DNA of 64,000 nucleotides from Candidatus Moraniibacteriota bacterium (GCA_023261695.1 JAHFON010000003.1:6682-70681); one strand, 5' to 3'. Shown: positions 50,981 through 60,800, counted from the stretch's first letter. Translations and numbers: made by a program. The notes: generated by a model from the sequence alone, not told the origin.

Positions 50981-53900
50981 ATGTGCGGTATCGTAGGTAT
51001 TTTCGGAAAAAATAACGCAAGCCAAAGAGCTCGCGCCTCACTGGAGAAGATTGTTCATCGGGGTAGCAATGTGTACGAATTGAAAGATTTTGTAGGAGGA
51101 ACATTGGGGGCGAATAGGTTGCCTATTGTAGACCGTGAATTTGGCCAACAACCTTTGCCGAATGAGGATGGCGGTATCTTTGTTGTACAAAACGGAGAAG
51201 TTTTTAATTACAAGGAATTACAGGCAGAGCTCAAACAAAAGGGTCATAATTTCAAAACCGATTGTGATACAGAGGTGCTTGTACACTTATACGAAGAATA
51301 TCGTGAAAAAATGATGGATAAGATAGATTCTGAAATGTTTGCATTTGTTATTTATGATACCAAGACTAATTCAGTATTTGCGGCGCGAGATGCGTTAGGC
51401 GTTAAGCCATTGTATTATGCAACAGATAAAACTGGACAATTTTATTTTGCATCCGAGATTAAACAACTTTCTTGTTTTGATGACATTAAAAATATTCGTG
51501 TTTTTCCGCCAGGGCATTATTATGAAAATGGTAAGTTTAAACAGTACCTATCATTAAAAATCGGCAATAATATTAAAAATGAAAAGAGAGCAACTAGGGA
51601 GCTCGAGGTGCGCTTAGTAGATGCTGTGAAAAAACGTGTTAAGACAGATTTACCTATAGGTGTGTTGTTATCTGGGGGCGTCGATAGTAGTTTAATCATG
51701 GAAATTGCATCTCGCTTACATCCTGATGTAACTGGAATTATTCTCGGTTATCCTGGTTCGTCTGATCATGAATTCGCACTTCGTTTATGCAAAGAGCGTG
51801 GATATAAATATCATATAGTGAGGCCGGATATAGATTACAAGCAAGAGTTAGATCTGCTGATCTATCACTTAGAAACTTACGAGCCGCTTATTATTAGGCA
51901 ATCATTTGCTTTAGATATTTGCGCGCGTGAAGCGCAGCGGCTAGGGTTAAGAATTGTTTTGGTTGGAGAGGGTTCTGATGAGTTGTTTGGCGGATATAAT
52001 GAATTTTCCAATTTGCCTGATAAACTGATCAACAAGGGCTGCGAGATGTTAGTTAAATCCTTGCATGCCGGACATTTACAACGTGTTGACCGCATGAGTA
52101 TGAAGCATACGGTTGAAGTTCGCTGTCCGTTTTTTGATAAAGATGTTGTAAAATTAGCGTTGCAGATTCATGGGGATCTAAAAGTTAGAAGGCAAAACCA
52201 TCAAATAATAACTAAATATATTGTCAGAAAGGTTGCGGAGAATTTTTTACCCTCTTATATTGCATGGAGATACAAAGTTCCTTTTAGCAATGGAGCCGGT
52301 ATGAATGTGGGAAGTAACTTTAAGGTTCAAGATGGCGATGTTGCAAAAGTAGTATTGCAAAAAGCGGAAGTAAATATAGAGACAGAGGTTGTCAAAAAAT
52401 ATGGTGTAAATACCAAAGAAGGTAGGTATTATTTAAAAAAATACTTTGAATATGGCTTTGATAAAGTTGTTGGTTCAGAAAGGCGTTTAATTGTGAAGGA
52501 CAATTTAGGTGATTTATATAAGGCGAAAAGAACTCGGCTTGTGATGGCTGAATTTGACAGGTTGGCTATATATTTTCCTGTGTATTTTGCCGCCCAAGAG
52601 GGGTATTTCAAAACTCATGATCTTGAGGTGGATTTTATAGCAACTGGAGGTGATGATCGTACGTATGCTTCGCTTGTCAATAACTCAGCTCACATAGGGC
52701 TTGCTGATCCTATGTTTGCAATGTTTGAAAATATCGGGGGAGTAAAAGGTGAAATTATTGGAGAGTTGGTTAATATTGTTCCGAATGTTGCGGTGACAAT
52801 AAACCCAAGTATACAGATTAACGAAATTAAAGATTTTACAAAATATAGGGTGGGGACTTTTCAAAAATTCACTACTACGCACAGCGTAGCGAAATATTTT
52901 TTGCCTTCGCAAACCGAAATTATTCCTTATGATTATGATGAATTAGTCGGGAAATTAATAGATAGAAAAATAGATGTGGCGATAGTTATCCCGGAACAAG
53001 CGGTTGAACTTGTTGCTTCTGGCGGACGGATTGTTTTTGATTTTAAGATTTTAGGTAAAAACTTTTTATTTAGCGGCTTTACGATATCCAATCTGATTGA
53101 ATTAAAATACAGGAAAAAACTCAAGTCTTTTATTAGCGCAATTCGTGAATCAACTCGTTACATTATTAAAAATAAAGAAATTTCATTTAAAACTTTTCAA
53201 AAACTCTTTCCGTATCTAAAAAATCCGCGAGTGATTTTTGATTATTATCTGGATATTTGGTCGCCGACTATTAAGGTTGAGAATTCAGATTATCACGCAG
53301 CCCAAAAAATGTGGAAACAAGTCTGTCCGGAACTCTTGAAAGAATATTTGCCTTATTTCGGAACTAAATCAATTACTGAGCCTGTTCTCGAAAAAATTAA
53401 TGATAGAAATTTTAGGAGAGATTTTCCATTTTTAGAAGATCGTCTAGAAGAATTAATAATCAATTCAATGAGCAACGGCGCTGTTTTAAAATTTATCGGG
53501 TTTTGGGGCGCTGGCAAGAAAAATCGAATTACGACCTTGGATAAAGAAATAATAGACAGATTAAAAAAGTATTTTGATGGGATCAGGAAGGTTTTGGGCG
53601 CGAATATTGAGATTACTTTTATTCTTGCAGATGAGCACGCAAAAAATAACGGTTTCGTTCCCAGAGAATACAATAGTTACCTTTCAGGAATAAAAGAATA
53701 TTTGGAAAAAAATGATTTCAAAACGATGCATTTAAATATTTTATGGAAAAAATGGGGATTAAATCAGAGTTGCATTATTAAATTGTTAGAGAAAAAATCT
53801 GAAAGATGGTGGAGAGATGTTCCGATAGCAGAAAAATTAGAAAATCAGGCAGTAAAGAGATTCCTATTCAAAAATAAAAAAGAGGGGGCGCAAAAATATT

Positions 53901-54067
53901 ATATAATGCGTATGCTTGAGAAATCACATATGGAAAAAAGTTTTAAGGATAGTGTATTTTTTGTCTTTTCAGATGGTGCAATGCAAACAATCTATCCGAA
54001 AATTGCAACTTTGTATTTAAACACAAGAAAACGAGGATTTGGGGAGGCGCCATGGTTTGAGAATTAA
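50981..54067 (+). CDS. Asparagine synthetase-family amidotransferase (class II GATase + PP-loop synthetase) with about 490-aa C-terminal extension
   Basis: MCGIVGIF (Cys2 nucleophile), SGGVDSS PP-loop. Residues 540 onward include a region resembling SsuA/NMT1-type substrate-binding folds, then an unknown domain. About 38% GC. Confidence 0.8.
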   Translation: MCGIVGIFGKNNASQRARASLEKIVHRGSNVYELKDFVGGTLGANRLPIVDREFGQQPLPNEDGGIFVVQNGEVFNYKELQAELKQKGHNFKTDCDTEVLVHLYEEYREKMMDKIDSEMFAFVIYDTKTNSVFAARDALGVKPLYYATDKTGQFYFASEIKQLSCFDDIKNIRVFPPGHYYENGKFKQYLSLKIGNNIKNEKRATRELEVRLVDAVKKRVKTDLPIGVLLSGGVDSSLIMEIASRLHPDVTGIILGYPGSSDHEFALRLCKERGYKYHIVRPDIDYKQELDLLIYHLETYEPLIIRQSFALDICAREAQRLGLRIVLVGEGSDELFGGYNEFSNLPDKLINKGCEMLVKSLHAGHLQRVDRMSMKHTVEVRCPFFDKDVVKLALQIHGDLKVRRQNHQIITKYIVRKVAENFLPSYIAWRYKVPFSNGAGMNVGSNFKVQDGDVAKVVLQKAEVNIETEVVKKYGVNTKEGRYYLKKYFEYGFDKVVGSERRLIVKDNLGDLYKAKRTRLVMAEFDRLAIYFPVYFAAQEGYFKTHDLEVDFIATGGDDRTYASLVNNSAHIGLADPMFAMFENIGGVKGEIIGELVNIVPNVAVTINPSIQINEIKDFTKYRVGTFQKFTTTHSVAKYFLPSQTEIIPYDYDELVGKLIDRKIDVAIVIPEQAVELVASGGRIVFDFKILGKNFLFSGFTISNLIELKYRKKLKSFISAIRESTRYIIKNKEISFKTFQKLFPYLKNPRVIFDYYLDIWSPTIKVENSDYHAAQKMWKQVCPELLKEYLPYFGTKSITEPVLEKINDRNFRRDFPFLEDRLEELIINSMSNGAVLKFIGFWGAGKKNRITTLDKEIIDRLKKYFDGIRKVLGANIEITFILADEHAKNNGFVPREYNSYLSGIKEYLEKNDFKTMHLNILWKKWGLNQSCIIKLLEKKSERWWRDVPIAEKLENQAVKRFLFKNKKEGAQKYYIMRMLEKSHMEKSFKDSVFFVFSDGAMQTIYPKIATLYLNTRKRGFGEAPWFEN

Positions 54068-54091
54068 TGATAATTTTTTTAGTTTTAATAT

Positions 54092-55966
54092 ATGGAAAAT
54101 TGGAATTTGTTAAAGCAGGAGACCTCTGTTGTTTCAGGGGATAGAAAAATTGAACAAGAAGAAAAAGAGCGGGTTATTCGAAAAATTGCTCTTGCGACGA
54201 CCAACCAAATGGATACAGGAATTCGGGCTGTATCTGCAGCACTTAAAGACGCCGGGTTTGATGTCATGAAATTAAATTTATACGAAGATGCTAAACATAA
54301 GACTGGCGCTGATTATTCCGAAGAAGAATTACAGGCTATAATAGAAAAATTGAAAGAATTTGGAACTAATGCTTTTGGTATTTCTATTTTTGAAGTGGGT
54401 TCTACACGGGCTTTTACTTTAATTAAAAAAGTAAAAGAAGTTCTCAAGATACCAGTTTTATTGGGTGGACAACACGCAATTCAGTATCCTGATGAGTGCT
54501 TGCAATCTGGCGCTGACGCAGTCTGCATAGGAGAGGGAGAATCTGGTTTAGTGGAGTTGCTGGAAAATTGGGACAGACGTTTTGAAAGGAAGAATCTTAA
54601 TTTTGTGATTCGGAAAGAAGATTTGGTCAAATTAGATGAATTACGATCCAAGTTATTTACAGAAGAGGAAATAAGTAATTTTACTTTTGATTTTAGTTAT
54701 CACAACTACTTCGTTTTGCGGGAAGGGAAAATGGTTCCTCTGACACCAGATAATGTTAAAAACCCGGAACATCACCAGGTTGATCGTGAAGCAAAAACAT
54801 TTGTTTACGCTTCCGATAGAGGTTGTCCTCTGAATTGTTCTTTTTGTTATATCAGTAATTTGCGTAAAGAATTCATCAAAGCGAGTGTTGCAAAAGGAGA
54901 AAAGCCAATTCCTTTTTTGAGAAGAAAGAAGGCAGGTGCGGTAATCAGAGATCTTGAAGATGCAAAGAGACAGAATTCATGGATAGAATTTTTGAATCTT
55001 ATGAATGATGATACGGCTGCGCGTGATAAAGATGATCTGCAAGAATTTTCAAGGTTGTATAAAGAAAAAATAGGGTGGCCGTTTTATTGTATGGTAAGTC
55101 CGATAAGTCTTTTTGATAAGTCAAAATGGCAAACTGGTAACACCCTGGGTGCAGTAGAGGAAGGAAGATTAAAAATTCAAGCTCTTGTTAATGCTGGATT
55201 GAAAGAATTGAATATGGGTATACAAACGAATGGGAAAACAAATTTTGAAATATATGATAGATGGCAACCAGATGAAGTGATGCTTATGATTACACACATG
55301 CTTCATGAGTTTGCTCGTTTAGACTTGAATAAAAATGAAGACGGTAAAGTGGATTTATTTTTTGATTTTATTATTCATAATCCACTTGAAATGCGAGAAG
55401 ACATAAAGCGCACAATAGAACTTATAAAGAGACTGAAGCCGCCATTTGATCTTGTAGCTCATACTCTATATGTGGGAAAAAGGTCAAGAATGCGCAGCGC
55501 TTATGAATACGAAAAAAAGAAGGCAACACAAGAAGAGAGACCTTATGAAAAGGTTATAGAAGATGTTGTCGGGGAATCGGATTTTCATGATACGCACAGA
55601 TTTTATGACTATCTCAAAGACAATCATAATTTTGTGATTAACTCTGTTATAGAATTTATGGCCGGCAGACATGATGTAAATATGACAGGCAGAATTCCAA
55701 GGCATGCCAAAGATTTGATGGTATTTGATGTGTTTAGAGCGTTACGAGAAAAGCATCCTGATTTTGAAAAATTATTGTTAGAGCTTCAAATTTCAGATTC
55801 ATTGTTGTCTATTGATTTATTTGCTTCAGATAAGGTAGATCGATATTTTAGGGAAAACGAAGGTGTGTTTAAGGAATTATTTGTATCAATGCAAGAAGCG
55901 CATCCGATTTGTTATTCTAATGAAGCCAAGGCACGGACGGGGAGAATTTTAACTCAACAAGAATAA
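54092..55966 (+). CDS. Cobalamin(B12)-binding-domain radical SAM enzyme (second paralog in window)
   Basis: N-terminal B12-binding-like Rossmann (IPVLLGGQHA), CxxxCxxC (CPLNCSFC). AT-rich. Confidence 0.75.
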   Translation: MENWNLLKQETSVVSGDRKIEQEEKERVIRKIALATTNQMDTGIRAVSAALKDAGFDVMKLNLYEDAKHKTGADYSEEELQAIIEKLKEFGTNAFGISIFEVGSTRAFTLIKKVKEVLKIPVLLGGQHAIQYPDECLQSGADAVCIGEGESGLVELLENWDRRFERKNLNFVIRKEDLVKLDELRSKLFTEEEISNFTFDFSYHNYFVLREGKMVPLTPDNVKNPEHHQVDREAKTFVYASDRGCPLNCSFCYISNLRKEFIKASVAKGEKPIPFLRRKKAGAVIRDLEDAKRQNSWIEFLNLMNDDTAARDKDDLQEFSRLYKEKIGWPFYCMVSPISLFDKSKWQTGNTLGAVEEGRLKIQALVNAGLKELNMGIQTNGKTNFEIYDRWQPDEVMLMITHMLHEFARLDLNKNEDGKVDLFFDFIIHNPLEMREDIKRTIELIKRLKPPFDLVAHTLYVGKRSRMRSAYEYEKKKATQEERPYEKVIEDVVGESDFHDTHRFYDYLKDNHNFVINSVIEFMAGRHDVNMTGRIPRHAKDLMVFDVFRALREKHPDFEKLLLELQISDSLLSIDLFASDKVDRYFRENEGVFKELFVSMQEAHPICYSNEAKARTGRILTQQE

Positions 55967-56082
55967 TTGACCGGCTTGCTCAATTAGAAATGTAGGTGTG
56001 TAAATGTATGATAGAGTTTCTGGATTTTTAGTGGGGCTGCATAAGTTCAGATACATTTGGCAGTCCTCTTAATTGAGGACTT

Positions 56083-57189
56083 ATGCAACAATTCAACAAG
56101 TTTAGGGGAACGAAAGGATTTATTGTAGCTTGGCAACATCTGTTACGCTTTCGGTATATGATTACCGAACAAGCGCAAGAACGGTGCCGCAGACTCGCTT
56201 TCTGGGAGCGTCATGGCACCAAGGCAGCCACAGAAGCCTTTCATATCTCAGAACGCACATTGTTTCGTTGGCAGGCGGCGTTGAAAACCTCACGGGGAAA
56301 ACTGGACGGACTTAATCCGAAGAGTACGGCTCCGCGCGCGAGGAATCAAAGAATCGTTTCGCCCCAACTGGCACAAGCTATCATCGCGCTCCGTTTTGCA
56401 CACCCTCGCCTTGGCAAAGACAAGCTCCGGCCTCTGCTTTTAGCCAGCAAGCATCCGGTGTCTGTCTCAACGATAGGCCGGATCCTCGCTGATTTGAAGC
56501 AAGCGGGGAAACTGCCTGATCCAAAGAAGCTTTCTCTGTCAGGCGCTACCGGGAAACTGTTGGAAAAGAAGCGTCAGAAAAGGAAAAAACTGCGGAGACC
56601 AAAGGGACAGAGAGTTCTTGAAGTGGATACCGTTGTCCGTTTCATTGACGGCGTAAAACGCTACATCGTCACGGGCATTGATACGGAAACCCGAGTCGCC
56701 TTTGCCGCCTGCTATACGAATCACGGATCCTCCTCGGCCTCTGACTTCTTGCAAAGAGCCCAACAAGTTATTCCGGATTGTCCGGAGGCCGTCCAGACGG
56801 ATAATGGCAGTGAGTTTGCGCTCCATTTTGAAACGGCCTGTCTGCTACTGGGTCTGACTCATTTCCATACTTATCCCAGATCTCCCCAGATGAATGCTCA
56901 CATCGAACGCTTTAATCGTACGTTAGATGAAGAATTTCTCTGTTACTCCAAAGCGTTAATGCGAGATGATGTCCAGAGCTTCAATCAGAAGCTCATTGAC
57001 TGGTTCCTCTGGTACAATGGCGAAAGGCCGCACTATGCTCTTGGCCAAGTTGCCCCCTTGAGGTATATGATGAGATTATTATTCGCAGAGGACTGCCAAA
57101 TGTGGTGGACGCATACAGGGGCTTGCGTGCTTGCGAGAAAAAAGTTATTATATTTGCAGAGAGAAAATGCGTCGGTTTTTCTCCGCTAA
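56083..57189 (+). mobile_element. IS481-family-like single-ORF DDE (rve) transposase
   Basis: N-terminal HTH, integrase core D...D...E: DTVVRFIDG...IDTETR, QTDNGSEF, ERFNRTLDEEF. GC close to host (about 52%). No terminal inverted repeats could be defined. Confidence 0.75.
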
Positions 57190-57204
57190 GATTTAATTAG
57201 TACA

Positions 57205-57591
57205 ATGCAAAGTCTTATGACAGACAATGTGAAGGACCGGGATTTTATAGAGTATATTGTTAAAATGTTGGTGGATAATCCGGACGATGTGAAAGTGGAG
57301 CGCAAGATTGATGAAATGGGGGTGCTGATTACGCTGGACGTGAACCCGAGCGATATGGGTATGGTGATTGGACGCGAGGGTATGACGGCCAAGGCGCTCC
57401 GCACACTGCTCCGTGTCATCGGTGCTCGCAATAACGCGCGTGTTAATTTGAAAATCAACGAACCGGAAGGCTCCGAGCGTCGCTCCCGCGAGCCGCGCGA
57501 AGAACGGACAGAAGACCGTTCAGTCTCGTCGCCCGCTTCACCGGAAGAAAAAAAGACTTTGGATGACGTAATGAACGATATTCAAATTTAG
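57205..57591 (+). CDS. KH-domain RNA-binding protein (KhpA-like) with basic/acidic C-terminal tail
   Basis: DFIEYIVKMLVDNPDDVKVE...MGMVIGREGMTAKALRTLL contains the GxxG KH signature. Confidence 0.7.
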   Translation: MQSLMTDNVKDRDFIEYIVKMLVDNPDDVKVERKIDEMGVLITLDVNPSDMGMVIGREGMTAKALRTLLRVIGARNNARVNLKINEPEGSERRSREPREERTEDRSVSSPASPEEKKTLDDVMNDIQI

Positions 57592-57617
57592 TCGTTGAAT
57601 ATTTTTTGATTATCCTA

Positions 57618-57649
57618 AAATACTCTGCGCTTTATAACGCAGAGTATTT
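57618..57649 (+). terminator. Perfect 12-bp hairpin after the KH gene
   Basis: aaatactctgcg-ctttataa-cgcagagtattt. Confidence 0.4.
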
Positions 57650-57737
57650 GTTGTCACTGACCATTTTATTTGTATTGGGGGGTTTATGTTTTTATGCTAG
57701 GCTGGTGATAGTTATGTATTTGCGAAAAAAATGTGTT

Positions 57738-58298
57738 ATGAAAGTTGAGCGTTTGGATATTGAGGGATTGTTAGTTTTGGCGCCGAAGGTTTTTTGCGAC
57801 AGCCGCGGGTATTTTTTTGAGACGTTTAGTCAGATTAAATATGAAAAGATCGGCATAGCGGAAACATTCGTTCAAGACAATGAGTCAGAATCAGCAAGCG
57901 GCGTTTTGCGCGGGTTGCATTTTCAAGCACCGCCTTTTGCGCAAGGAAAATTGGTGCGGGTGATTGCCGGTCGTGTGATTGATGTGGCGGTGGACATTCG
58001 CGTCGGCTCTCCCACATTTGGGAAGTACGCGTCGGTGGAACTTTCCGCGGAAAACAAAAAACAATTCTGGATTCCTGCCGGTTTTGCTCACGGATTTGTC
58101 GCTTTGGAAGCGGACACGATTTTTGCTTACAAAGTGACAGCGCCCTATTCCCAAGAATGCGACGGCGGTATTCTGTGGAATGATCCGGCGCTGAATATTA
58201 AGTGGCCGATCCCAGCGCCTATCGTTTCCGAAAAAGATAGCCATTTGCCGTCCCTGAATGAGTATTTGAAAGATCCCAAGTTTCACTATGAAAAATAA
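57738..58298 (+). CDS. rfbC: dTDP-4-dehydrorhamnose 3,5-epimerase
   Basis: Cupin epimerase motifs GVLRGLHFQ, KLVRVIAGRVIDVAVDIR. ATG 57738 chosen; the track N-extension is hydrophobic junk. Confidence 0.85.
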   Translation: MKVERLDIEGLLVLAPKVFCDSRGYFFETFSQIKYEKIGIAETFVQDNESESASGVLRGLHFQAPPFAQGKLVRVIAGRVIDVAVDIRVGSPTFGKYASVELSAENKKQFWIPAGFAHGFVALEADTIFAYKVTAPYSQECDGGILWNDPALNIKWPIPAPIVSEKDSHLPSLNEYLKDPKFHYEK

Positions 58299-58304
58299 TC
58301 ACGT

Positions 58305-59312
58305 ATGAAAATTTTAGTTACCGGAGGCGCCGGTTTCATAGGCTCAAACTTTATTCATTATATCCTGCGGATATATCCGGAATATCACGTTATCAATCTG
58401 GACGCTGTAACGTATGCGGGAAATCTGGAAAATTTGAAAGAGTGGAAGGATGACGCGCGTTATAGTTTTGTGAAGGGGAGTATTACGGACAAAGATCTGG
58501 TGGACGGTCTTGTGGCAGAGGCGGACATCATAGTGCATTTCGCGGCGGAGTCGCATGTGGATCGTTCTATTCTGAACCCCGACGCTTTCATTGTTACGAA
58601 TATCTGCGGCACATACACACTGCTTGAGGCGGCGCGCAAATATAACCGGCGCTTTCATCATATTTCCACGGACGAAGTTTTTGGCGCGCTCGGACCCAAT
58701 GATAGACCGTTTGATGAAAATACCGCTTATGATCCCAGAAGTCCATATAGCGCTTCCAAGGCCAGCTCCGATCATTTGGCTCGCGCTTATTTTCACACTT
58801 ACGGTTTACCGATAACTATTTCCAATTGTTCCAATAATTACGGACCGTACCATTTTCCGGAAAAACTGATTCCGCTCGCGATCACCAATCTTTTGGAAAA
58901 CAAAAAGGTGCCGGTATACGGCGACGGTTTACAAGTGCGCGATTGGCTATACGTGGAAGATCATTGCAAAGCGATTGATCTGATTATGCACAAGGGAAAA
59001 ACCGGAGAGACGTATTGCGTGGGCGGCGGAAGTGAACAGCCGAATATCTGGATTGTAAAAAAGTTGCTCGCCTTGCTGGGCAAAGACGAGAATCTGATTG
59101 AATATGTAAAAGATCGCGCCGGACATGACCGCCGCTACGCGATTGATTTTTCCAAAATTAAGAAGGAATTGGGCTGGGAGCCGCAAGTGAATTTGGAAGA
59201 AGGGTTGAAAAATACCATTGAGTGGTACAAAAATAATCAGGATTGGTGGAGAAAAATAAAAAGCGGGGAGTATAAAGATTATTACGCGAAACAATACAAC
59301 GATGGCAAGTGA
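58305..59312 (+). CDS. rfbB: dTDP-glucose 4,6-dehydratase
   Basis: MKILVTGGAGFIGSNF, YSASK catalytic motif. Confidence 0.9.
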   Translation: MKILVTGGAGFIGSNFIHYILRIYPEYHVINLDAVTYAGNLENLKEWKDDARYSFVKGSITDKDLVDGLVAEADIIVHFAAESHVDRSILNPDAFIVTNICGTYTLLEAARKYNRRFHHISTDEVFGALGPNDRPFDENTAYDPRSPYSASKASSDHLARAYFHTYGLPITISNCSNNYGPYHFPEKLIPLAITNLLENKKVPVYGDGLQVRDWLYVEDHCKAIDLIMHKGKTGETYCVGGGSEQPNIWIVKKLLALLGKDENLIEYVKDRAGHDRRYAIDFSKIKKELGWEPQVNLEEGLKNTIEWYKNNQDWWRKIKSGEYKDYYAKQYNDGK

Positions 59313-60168
59313 AAAAGTTTTAGTATTGGGCGCCAAAGGAATGCTCGGACAGGAATTAGTGCGGGTTTTTAGCGTGGATAAAAAGTATGAGGTAACGGGG
59401 TGGGACAGGGAAGAGATTGATGTTACGAATTTTTCCGAGGCGGAAAGAAAAATTAAAAAATATGCGCCGCGGATTATTATAAACGCGGCGGCTTATAACG
59501 CCGTTGATTTGTGTGAAGAAAGCGAGGAGGAGTATCAGAGGGCGTTGACGCTTAACGCTGAAGTTCCGAAATTTCTTGCCTGTTTGGCGAAAGATTTGGA
59601 CGCAGTATCTGTTCATTATTCCACGGATTATGTGTTTGACGGGGAGAATGGTAATGAGGGATATGATGAGCGGGCTGAACCAAATCCCATTTCAAAATAC
59701 GGAAAGAGCAAATGGGAAGGGGAGAAAAATGTTTTGGCGCAAAGCGGAAAATCGTACTTGATTCGGCTGTCAAAATTATTTGGAAAACCGGCATTATCCA
59801 TCGGCGGCAAAAAAAGTTTTTTTGAAAAAATGCTGGAAGTTGCAAAAGATAAATCGGAAGTAAGCGCGGTGGATGATGAAAAAAGCTGTTTTACATACGC
59901 GCCCGATTTGGCGAAGGCGACGCTTGCGCTCATCAGAGACAATGCACCGTATGGTATTTACCATTTGCCAAATGAGAAACCAGCGACGTGGTACGGGGCG
60001 GCTTTAGAACTTTTTCGTTTGGCCAAAATGGACATGACCGTGGAAGCGGTACCGGCGGAGACTTTCCCGCGCCCAGCCCGTCGGCCGAAATATTCTGCCT
60101 TGTTGAATACAAAGAGACCGCTCCTTCGTTCATATACTGAAGCGCTGAAAGAATTTTTAGAAAGTTAA
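59302..60168 (+). CDS. rfbD: dTDP-4-dehydrorhamnose reductase
   Basis: VLVLGAKGMLGQEL Rossmann, overlaps rfbB by 11 nt. Confidence 0.85.
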   Translation: MASEKVLVLGAKGMLGQELVRVFSVDKKYEVTGWDREEIDVTNFSEAERKIKKYAPRIIINAAAYNAVDLCEESEEEYQRALTLNAEVPKFLACLAKDLDAVSVHYSTDYVFDGENGNEGYDERAEPNPISKYGKSKWEGEKNVLAQSGKSYLIRLSKLFGKPALSIGGKKSFFEKMLEVAKDKSEVSAVDDEKSCFTYAPDLAKATLALIRDNAPYGIYHLPNEKPATWYGAALELFRLAKMDMTVEAVPAETFPRPARRPKYSALLNTKRPLLRSYTEALKEFLES

Positions 60169-60217
60169 AACCGCTACCGGATTTTCACGAGGTTTCGTGA
60201 GTTATCCGATAGCGGTT
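60169..60217. repeat. 49-bp nested-palindrome element, copy 1
   Basis: aaccgctaccggattttcacgaggtttcgtgagttatccgatagcggtt. Outer 13-bp arms plus inner tcacga/tcgtga hairpin. Identical to 60831-60879. Confidence 0.9.
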
Positions 60218-60248
60218 ATCTATCTCCTTTCTTTATTTTACACAAACG

Positions 60249-60800
60249 TTACAAATATTGTTTGCGTGATGTCGGTACTGTCGGCGCCGGCGGTGGGGGA
60301 GATGGCTCTGGTAATACTGGTACTTTGGAGGGGGTTATCACCAATGGCAACCCCTCATTGAGTATGATTGAGATTAATTCTGCTACTTTACTACCTAAAT
60401 CCACTACCACTACTTGTTTGCATTTTTTAAATTCCTGATGTTTTATAATACCATGTGCCACAAGCAACTCACCTTTAACATTCTCAAGAATGCTTCCGGT
60501 TAAAGATTCATCGGTATTTTTTTCTACCAACACCGCTATTTCTATTACCACCATGGGGGCTTCCACTCCGTTCTGCTTTGCGATCTCTTTGGCTATCTCG
60601 TCAAATTTCCCAGTGGAACACAGTACGAGGTCGCTTGGTTTAACCATTTGAAGCTTTATCATCTTTGCTGATGTTGCCATTCCTTGTTCTTGGGCGGCAA
60701 CATCGCGAATGTTCCATCCAAGAGAGAGAAAAATAGCGGCGACGAAGAAACACGAAATGTAAATCATGTTTACGAATGTTTTTTGCACTGACTTGTTCAT
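60249..60800 (-). CDS. Hypothetical secreted/anchored protein with Pro-rich C-terminus
   Basis: N-terminal hydrophobic signal/anchor, RBS gaggaggg upstream on minus strand. Confidence 0.4.
   Translation of the reverse strand: MNKSVQKTFVNMIYISCFFVAAIFLSLGWNIRDVAAQEQGMATSAKMIKLQMVKPSDLVLCSTGKFDEIAKEIAKQNGVEAPMVVIEIAVLVEKNTDESLTGSILENVKGELLVAHGIIKHQEFKKCKQVVVVDLGSKVAELISIILNEGLPLVITPSKVPVLPEPSPPPPAPTVPTSRKQYL

Noticed and set aside
50981-54067. Interpretation of the AsnB homolog as a lasso-peptide cyclase (RiPP cluster)
   Set aside because: Lasso cyclases usually lack a functional Cys2 glutaminase, whereas this protein has MCGIVGIF. No B-protein (transglutaminase-like protease or RRE) and no short precursor ORF are present.
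55990-57240. Attempt to define terminal inverted repeats and target-site duplication of the IS481-like element
   Set aside because: Only weak similarity (aattag-containing segments) between the flanks. The 6-bp palindrome gtcctcttaattgaggac at 56067 overlaps the start codon and is not mirrored at the other end.
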